A stretch of DNA of 64,000 bases from Tubiluchus corallicola (taxonomy: Eukaryota; Animalia; Priapulida): the NCBI GenBank assembly GCA_030141605.1, contig JAQGDQ010000304.1, forward strand, positions 124,001 through 188,000. The letters run 5' to 3'. Made by a program: the position numbers and the translations under genes. Shown piece after piece: positions 55,247-64,000 of the stretch. Under the pieces are notes generated by a model. That model saw only the letters and a list, made by a program, of their open reading frames with translations. It was not told the origin of the DNA and did no database searches. The first letter of the stretch is position 1; every line of letters begins with the position of its first letter.

Positions 55247-56238
55247 CAGTAGGTGCCGCTTAATAGACTCACAGTTAATAGACTCAATCGCTTAATTTAC
55301 TCAAAAACGCCTGGTATGAGCCGCTTCTATTCAAATGTACATAAAAACTGTCAGTAATTGATTCAAATAACTGGCATAATTGACTCAATATTTTTCCTTC
55401 ACATACTTAAAATACGACATTTGTATGGACCCTGCTTACTGCTTTATTTTTACTGCTTTTATGTCTACTTTGCATCAATTTTGTGCACCATAACATATGT
55501 AAAAACAATCATGTTAAGTACCGTTTTGTTTGTAAGCAGGTACATTTATCATGTGCTAATACGCTAGGGTAGCGGTTTACCTTTGAATCTGTTACCCGCT
55601 CGTCCACTGCAATTAACCTTGTTACACCAAGAATTTCTGGAAGCTAAATATTTAATCACTTGTCTAGCAGTCTCTTCTTGAAGATCTTGTTGCAAATCAT
55701 GCTTTCAGGCTTAATTAGTTAACAGTCAAAGATGCAGGTACAGTACTCAGCCAGTATCAGACAAAACCACTTGTGAGGAAACAAAGGCACCACCAACTGC
55801 AGCTCAAGGAAGCCAAGGGCTAAACGTTTTAGGAGAATATGTGCACCACACAGCAACAGATTTTCAGCATTTTTATAATTATGAGAACTTTGTGAGAGAA
55901 CTTCTTCGCAAGAAAAAGAAGTAGCCAACCTTGACGAAACTTTTGTAATTTTTGCAAACAAACAGACTTGGGTGATTTAGAAAAGTATACTTTTTAATTT
56001 ATTGCTAATTCGCTTATACAAATTAATATTTTAAAATATCTTTTTAAATTTTTAACTGCAAAAAGGAATTTAGGCCATTACTCTATTTCTAAAATTCATT
56101 AAAAACCTTTGCAGTGCATACTAAGCTGATGACTCATACTATACTAGTAATACTACACCCATCGGTTAATAGGTTCAGTCGGTTAATTGGGTCAAAACAC
56201 TTCGATCCCAAAGTGAGTCTATTAAGCGGCGCCTACTG
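55247..56238. mobile_element. Tc1/mariner (pogo/Tigger-like) MITE, about 990 bp
   Basis: TA|CAGTAGGTGCCGCTTAATAGACTCAC ... GTGAGTCTATTAAGCGGCGCCTACTG|TA: near-perfect 26-bp TIRs with TA target duplication. Confidence 0.88.
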
Positions 56239-57249
56239 TAATATGAAACGTGAAAAATTGTGCACTGAAAACATTTACAACATTACTGCTAACATTGAGA
56301 AGTAACTTTTATTTCATCATAATCGGAATTGTGCTAGTCACAGGCCCTGAAAAGTGTTCATGATGACAACACTAAGGCTTGATTCTGCACACGCAGAAAT
56401 TAGCGATATTTCGCTGTGCTATCGTAAGTTTAATTTTGTACTTTCAAATGCCGCTTTTTTGGTGTTGTCATACTTAGCAAAAACAGGGGCATATTTACCA
56501 ACTGGCTAACTAGGCTACAGCATATATAGCCTATGGTGCCAAATTTTCTTATATTTTTAGGCATTTATTTAGAGACGCAATATTAAAAAAAAATTGGATT
56601 CTATTTGAAATGAAAATATGTATCATTTCATATTCATATAAAGTGTGTATTTTATAACACAAGACAAGCAATTAAGGAGGCCGTTTTCTTATAATTATAT
56701 AAACATCACACAACTAACATAAGCACAAAAATTATTGTTATGCAGAAGGTATTAGCAACAGCTTCCCTGGTCAGATGTAAGCGTTATGCAGACACAGTAT
56801 ATCCAATTAACAATAACCATGTAGGTACTAGGTAATAAAGCTTAGGTATACACCACAACTACGCATTGTAAATTCTGCTTCACATACAAAACAACCATAA
56901 ATCCGTAATGGAGATGACGGTAGTCGCATGTCTTGCATACGGCCCAGCTTATTAAGTACACAATAATTTGCAACAATATTTCTTCAAAGTTACTAAGTAT
57001 AAGTATAATAATATTTTTTTAATATTACATTTATTAAGCAATTTTTTAAACTTTAGTCTCCTTGTCATTTATCAATTCGTACGAAGGTTGCGAAGCATTC
57101 CGTAAACGTTTTTGTAATTACGCATTGGCACGATAGGTCGATTTCACTTACATTGAGAGTTAGAAAACCCACTGAGCGACGAGCGTGCGTTGTACGAAAA
57201 AATTAAGACTGTAAGCTGCCATGACAGAGAAGCGACGTAGTTTCGCTAT

Positions 57250-59080
57250 CAATTCAATTTAATTACATTTTTGTATTTAATTTCAATTCAATTTCATTTT
57301 ATTGCACAAATAGAGTAGTGTATCAAGGCAAAAAATTACAATTACAAAAAAAATAAAATGCAAGAACAATTTCAAAATATAACAAAAACAATTATGCAAT
57401 GCTGCAAAAACATGAGTTTTACAATTTATTTAAATAGCCTACTTACATCTAATAAGAAATTATGTGCTCTTATGAAATAATATTTTATGCTACAACTACA
57501 AAGAACTGGTAAAAGCGTAATTTAGGTATAACCTAAATAATTAAAATAATCACAAACGAGATTAAATTATACAATCACAGCACAATGTTTATCCAGCACT
57601 CACAGGTTACATCAAGATATATTGCCTTATGTTATCACATTCATTAAGTAGTTTCCAAAGTGAATAAGGTCTTCTGGGTTTCTATTTAGAAAAAGCCATA
57701 TTACTGAGTGTACATTACCTTTTTTGTAAAGATAGATTATAAATTTTATGCTCATATTTTTGTATAATATTTTCATACAATGTGACAGTATTGACAAAGT
57801 ATTTCATCCTTTTTTTATTTTTATATCTTTATTTTTATATATATATTTTATATCTATACCGCGTTCTATTTCTAGGTTATGATCGCTGATGCATAATTTT
57901 GTAATCTTTTGTCTCTGTTTCTTATTAGAAATAATTTTCAAATAATCTTCTAATTCATAATTGATTTTACATGGCTATAAAATCTTTGTTTTTGCCACCA
58001 TTTTGTCTAGTATCATTATGTACCTCTGTAAAAATAGTTTACTGTACCCTGATTTGAGTATATTACTGAATTCTTTTAATTTGCGATTCAGACACATTTT
58101 ATTAATTTCATCTACACCATATGTTTGAAATCTTGGAAAATTTGCCCCTTTTGTATAAAGCTGTTTCACTTCTTCACGAGATTGGTAACTATACACATTT
58201 TTAAATAATGTATTCCTTGGCTTTATGTGTGTCATTAATAGATATTTGTGAAGAATTATTGATGCTTTAATTAGCAGTGGGTATATGCCTAATTCAGCTT
58301 TACACGCTATACTGGAAGCACTTCCCCAGACACGTAAAACCCATTTTGAGAATGTGTTCTGAACATACTCGAATGGAAAAAGATTCCACATTTTTAAAAG
58401 TTTTTCTGAGTTGTCAGTGTTTATGTTATTTAGTTTGGTGATAAAAGACTGACACCAAATTTCTCACCAATAAAGTGCTACTGGTGAGAATAGGATTCAA
58501 ATAAGTAAAGAAGTATATTTACATCAAAACTGTATTGAAATATTAGAGATTTTAATTTAATTTATACCCTAATGCTTTGGTTTTTCATTGTGTCACAGTG
58601 CATTGTGTATGAACCATTGTTTGTAAAATACATTCCTAGGTATTTGATATGTTTTTCTGTCTTTAATAATGTATTGCCAAGATAAAAGTGATTATTCAAT
58701 GTTTTACTGGATGGTTTGTTTCCAAAGGTAACAGCTTTGGTTTTGGTATGATTAACTTGTAATGAGTTCTGTTTTGCATACATAGCTAGTTTGTTGATTT
58801 TATTTTGTAGTCCTTCTTTAGATGTATTGAAAATAACTAGGTTGTCAGCATACTGTAAGCATTTAATGATTTTGTCATGCAAAATCGGGGAATCCCCATC
58901 AAGTAAAAAAACAGGAAGACCATTTACATATACATTAAACAGAGTTGGAATAAGAGTGACACCTTGCCTAATGCCAGTTTCAGTTTTAAACTGTGGTTTG
59001 ACTTTTGTGGTTTGACAATTATTACACATATCTTTAATGATACGTTGGATATATTCATCAGTTCTGCTAGTCATTCATTA
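57250..59080 (-). mobile_element. 5'-truncated, decayed LINE (CR1/L2 group) with 3' tail
   Basis: ORF pieces GIRQG.TL.PTLFNVYVN, LQYADNLVI (YADD-like), VNHTKTK, IKYLG, ACKAELGIYPL, ISDHNLEIERG, with frameshifts. AATAAA at 57303-57298 followed by a (TGAAT/TTAAA)-like tail. Confidence 0.88.
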
Positions 59081-60095
59081 ATGATGGAATTAAAAACTTT
59101 TGCCAAGACATGAAGTTACTGAGATTCCATGGTAATTTTTAGGGCCACCTAGTGTTCCTCCTTTAAATATGGGACTTAAAATGCTCTTAGACCAGTTTTC
59201 TGGATATTTCATCTGAGGTGAAATCGAATAGAAAAGTGATTTCTGCTATTTTTAACACCCCTTTTCTGCACAGCAGCGTCTAGTTTTTTGCTGGATTACT
59301 ACTGTGTTTACCTATCTTGAGGGCAGATTACTTTCATTTTAGTGTTCTGCTTTCCCAAAGTCTACAACAGACGTAATGAGCAAATGTAGGATGATGCTGG
59401 CAACTTGGCATGGGAAAACACGTTTCAACACTTTCAGATTCATGTTATTGCATTTTATTATTATAGCTGCAGAAATGATTTAATAAAGAGCAATCGAGCA
59501 GTAGCCTACTTAATACATCAAAATGAGGCCTTTCTGCCTCTAAAACCCTGCTTGCAGAAATGTTTACCTGTTTTATATCATAGCAGCATTTTTGCTGTAA
59601 TTTCGTTACTTGTCATGTGCGATACATCTTCTCCTAAGTCATGGCTATCATAAAACCGTGTTTTTATTGTTTTAACGATGACTTTGGTGAATAGAACATT
59701 CCAAGTGGAAAAGAGTTGTTGAACATTACCAAAACCTGTTAGAAAGCCTCCTGGTGGACAATATTGCGTGCAGTAACAAACAGTAAACAGTAGACTAACT
59801 CTGAAAACTATAAGAATTTGAAATATGGCAGTGAATATTTTTTGGAGAAGAGATGTCTAAAGCGATGTCCACACTCCACATATGATTTGCTGTTCTAAAT
59901 AGACAATTATAGCACAGGCACGTAAAATGCTACGCCTTTAAAATTAAATGACATTCGCGTGGCTTTGAGAAATGATTATAACACGACACTAATATTTGAG
60001 GATGCAGCTACTGAATCACCTACTCAAATAAATTTTGCTTGATGTTGGTAGCATTCAACATGAGATGCAACTCAATCGTATATATTAATTTCGGT

Positions 60096-60097
<2 letters not shown>

Positions 60098-60175
<78 letters not shown>

Positions 60176-60181
60176 TATATA
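60098..60181. repeat. (TA)n microsatellite
   Basis: Directly visible. Confidence 0.98.
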
Positions 60182-61989
60182 CATGGATATATAACCGACG
60201 AGGCTACAGCTCCAATGACAGCACCATTTTCGGCGATACATCAAGTGAAAGGTACGGACCACAGATTTGCTATTGGTTTATTTTTTGAATCGGGCCCTCC
60301 GGAAAGAACGGGGGCGAAAAACCTCCAAAAACGTTCTTCTTCGACCATTTTTTTGCAAAACTTATACCTCTTATTTCTAGAGAATGGGAAGTGCCCCGGG
60401 TGCTGCTGGTTATGGTTAGATAGCCCGTTCAACGGTGGGTGTTATAGTCATATTTAGATTTCGCGGGACAGCCACGGCGTCCCGTGACTGGTGTTTTCCT
60501 AAGCACGCAAATTTTGCAGAAAACTGCTCAAACAGCCTCCAGAAAAACTCTAATTGTGCAATTGTTTGGGCATGTTGGGGAAAAATAAGCACACTCACAG
60601 AAAGAGGACGAAGTGGTCTAGAAAATGTTGAAGGTTCCAATAGGAGAGATATCCACTGGACGAAACGGGAAGGGTGTATTTCAAAGTTCTTTTTCTACCC
60701 CCCCCCGTGCTGCATGCTATTTGGAACACCCATTGTCTTTGAGTTTGACAAATTTCGCGGTTGTTCCAGGCATTGTCTTCACCCGTCGTTCTATAGTGTT
60801 ATAGATTATACATGTAAGTTCTGTTAAGCATATTATCATCTGAGAAGCAGCAAATAAAACTATGTTTAATGTCCGCGCATTATTGATTATTGGTAGACAG
60901 ACTAAAAGCATTTATTATAGCACACTGTTTGACTTTGTGCAAAATGTTTTGAAGGGTTTCACTGTGTGAATGCCGTACTGTTGCTGTCATTATCGTTGTC
61001 GTCATCAACATCATCACCACCATGTGACGTGGTGGGTGTGTTGTTGGTGGAGTGATGTGGATAATGTGGTGGGGTGTAGGCAATGTGTTGTGGGTTGTTG
61101 TTGTGAATTTATGGACAAAATTGTTTTGCGGGGTTTGGCTAGTCTCGTTATTAATTTTGCAGTTAATGTACATTCTCTCAGTATGATGGCAAAATACTAC
61201 TTAACTATACGAGTAAATGCCTGAGAGAAAAAGTAGCGTGCATCATCAGAAAATGATGGAACACAAAGTAAAAATGTGCAAATTATCAATTATTTTGACA
61301 GGTCGAGCCAATTACTGTCCTGCAAACAATACACAATAACGCTGCAACGACAATTATTGATACAACACCAAACTACTGTAATGTGGTTTGCACTGTTTGG
61401 CATTATTATCGTTTTTGTTGTCTAGGGGAATGAAGTGTGTGCACCACAAGTACATTAACCTCACTATGGTAATAGTGTAGGTGTGAAGTTTGGGTCCATT
61501 TCTGCATATGTGTACCAAATTGGATTACACTGAACCAGTGGAAGGAAAATGCAAATAATGCGAAATTAAGTTTAACCAGTTTATTTTCTAATCATAAATC
61601 AGATACAATAGTAGGAGTAAACACTCCAATACAAGTTGATGTCTTCAACTTCATTATTCAGAGCAAACTTCAAATTGAATGTTGAAAATGGCACATTGTT
61701 AATTTAAAGTTACATCATTCTATTTCAGAATGCAGTGGGCTGTTCAATTTGTCAGATAAATATCTGTACTTCTTTGCCTCAATTTAGTCACAAGTTCATG
61801 TGACTATGGCAATTTGAGTTATTTCATCCTTCAACTTGGAAGTTTGAGTTTTAATTTCTCACCTTTATTTCAGGTTTGGTTTTCACTGCTTTTATCTCAG
61901 CAGGGTTTTTGTTTTTACTGCTTTTGTCACAGCAGGGCAAAAAGGCATTGATCACGGCTAAAACTCTTGTTTTTATACACAAATGCAGT

Positions 61990-62340
61990 GCTCTGCGCAT
62001 GCGCGTTGCCAAGTGATACCATACTGCATGTGTAATGAGGGTTTTGAGCAACTGCTACTTATTTCCATTAGCATCTTCTTAACAAGCTATTAAATTGCTT
62101 ATTTTACTGTATACTTTGTCATCTGCTTTCTTCTAATTATTTTGCAGCTAACAAATAGTAACAATTTGTTAAGCTCTACCAAAAATAATCTTCGGTAAAT
62201 TAATTGGTTTACCGAGCATCCCAACGGCTCTCGATTGGCATGATTCCTTGTTGCGCGCCCTCTATCGGCGGGTTGCAAAGTTGATTTTGTAAACAAACAT
62301 GTCCGCTTCCAGCGAAGACATTATTTATTGTAGCAAGGGT
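61990..62340. promoter_or_regulatory. Promoter-like CpG-rich segment with an NRF1/ewg-type palindrome
   Basis: TGCGCATGCGC at 61994-62004, reverse CCAAT (ATTGG) at about 62234, and AAACATGTCCGC at about 62295-62306. Confidence 0.35.
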
Positions 62341-64000
62341 TAGGTGGGTTTTTAAACAAGGCAAAAACACCACACTACTTTTGCCACTGCACTGTAAGCA
62401 ACAACAAAAACTGTCTTGATAGGATACACTTTTCGAAAAAGTAATCTGTATACTGCAGCTGTAACTAACTACAACACGTCCACATGCATGTTTTTGGTAC
62501 TTGGCTTCTGCACCCCATAGCAGGTTATATGTACTGACAGGTGCAAAGCAATTTGATGTATTTATGTGTTGCTATAGAAAACAACCTGTAATTAACTGCA
62601 ATAATTATGGTAACAATTACCAATGAGTATTTATAGTTGTGACAAAAAACATTCAAAATTGTTTATCAGAACATTATTTTATTCAGCTGCATTACATCCC
62701 AGTTCAATGATCGGTTTGCAAGTATCAAAATTTTTCGAAAGTTTGTGTGTATGATGTTGTTCACATCCAGATATGTCTATCAGACAAAAATGTAACAATT
62801 ATATAAATATATTAACATAGATGACCAATCCTCTTACAGTAACAAAAAATAGACAATTTTGAAAAGGTGTGACCCTTTTTTCTTAAACACATATTTCAAG
62901 CACTGGGTTACAAAGAACTAATATTATATTATAATGATTAACAATATGAAGTAACCAATAATAGATGACTAAGACAATTAATATGTGACACCGGTGAAGA
63001 GTAACTAGACCATTTGTAATCTTCTGTTAGCCGGCATACAGTGCTCAGCACTCACAGATCAGTAAACAATTCTTGCTTACACTTGATTGCATTATTTGTC
63101 TTTCTTTGTGTAATGTCCAGACCTGATCACAATTCAAGGATACAGTCCACATCGCGTCAGAGTTTTGGAGGAAAATACATATATGCACAGGAAAAACTGC
63201 TTATATTATCAGTGGATATAATGTTTATTACTATTTCAAATTTAAACAAGAATTATTGATAAGAAATCTAGTTGAAAAGAAATGACCACTGTTGAATGGC
63301 ATCATTGATTGGTTATAAGCAGTTGATATAGATATGTTTTACATACACCAATTATGTATTAGCATATACATGAGAATTCCAAACTATAAAATTGTTATAA
63401 CACCATGTTCAATGTACAATTTTTAGAGTATGTTGCTTGTTTAATAGCAATTTAGAAGAGCAATGTCAAAATGGCTACTAGAAACCAACTTGCGAATGCA
63501 AATGTGGCAAATAGTTTTTTGAATTCGAGAAACCTGCAGTTCCAAACAAAATTCATGGTTACAAAATGTTATAGTTTGAAAAATTGCCATATTTCAATTA
63601 CAGGGCCAAATATAATAAATGTCAACACTCTGTGCCATGCAGGCTGGGCCTATGAACTTTTCAACAGCCATATTTCTTGCTGCCAAGGCCATCACCATAT
63701 GTGCTATTTATATCCAGTAAAAACAGATCAGCCTTGGCTGTATTATGTCATTTGTGCATCTGGTTAGAATTGTGCACCCATGCTTAAGTCAGTAACATTC
63801 TACACAAAAGTGCACTATATGTGCATGGTGCACACATGTTAGTTTTGTTCTGGGCAGAAAACAATACTGGTTAACAAACTGCTCACAGTTTTAAAGCATG
63901 AATTGCTGTATGTACGGAAGACCATTAAATAGAACTAACTGTCAAGAATAAAACAAATTCCTAAAACACTAGTACAGTAGGGCTGGCTCTCCAGCGATAC

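Noticed and set aside
60020-60288. ORFs with IYIYIY runs
   Set aside because: Translations of the (TA)n microsatellite.
60880-61224. His/Thr-rich and Cys/Val-rich ORFs
   Set aside because: Low-complexity GT/TG-rich repeat, loosely similar to 25810-25960; no coding evidence.

Overview
AT-rich, intron-containing animal DNA, probably from a protostome invertebrate (inferred from the zipper-like myosin). I assembled six protein-coding genes by hand from splice sites and reading phase. In order: the 5' part of non-muscle myosin II heavy chain (-), ZNHIT1 (-), STUB1/CHIP (+), TRMT5 (-, single coding exon), LUC7L/LUC7L2-type LUC7 (+) and PTCD1 (-, N-terminus unresolved). Introns and spacers hold several MITEs, two decayed LINEs, a probable non-autonomous Helitron with internal tandem repeats, and microsatellites. 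The two strongest findings are a minor-spliceosome (U12) AT-AC intron that splits the ZNHIT1 zinc finger, and a candidate frameshifting poison exon in LUC7 intron 1 whose donor type and flanking YCAY cluster suggest autoregulation. I see no prokaryotic-type system (CRISPR etc.). Most short ORFs in the supplied track are spurious. Protein family calls come from recognised motifs, not database searches.
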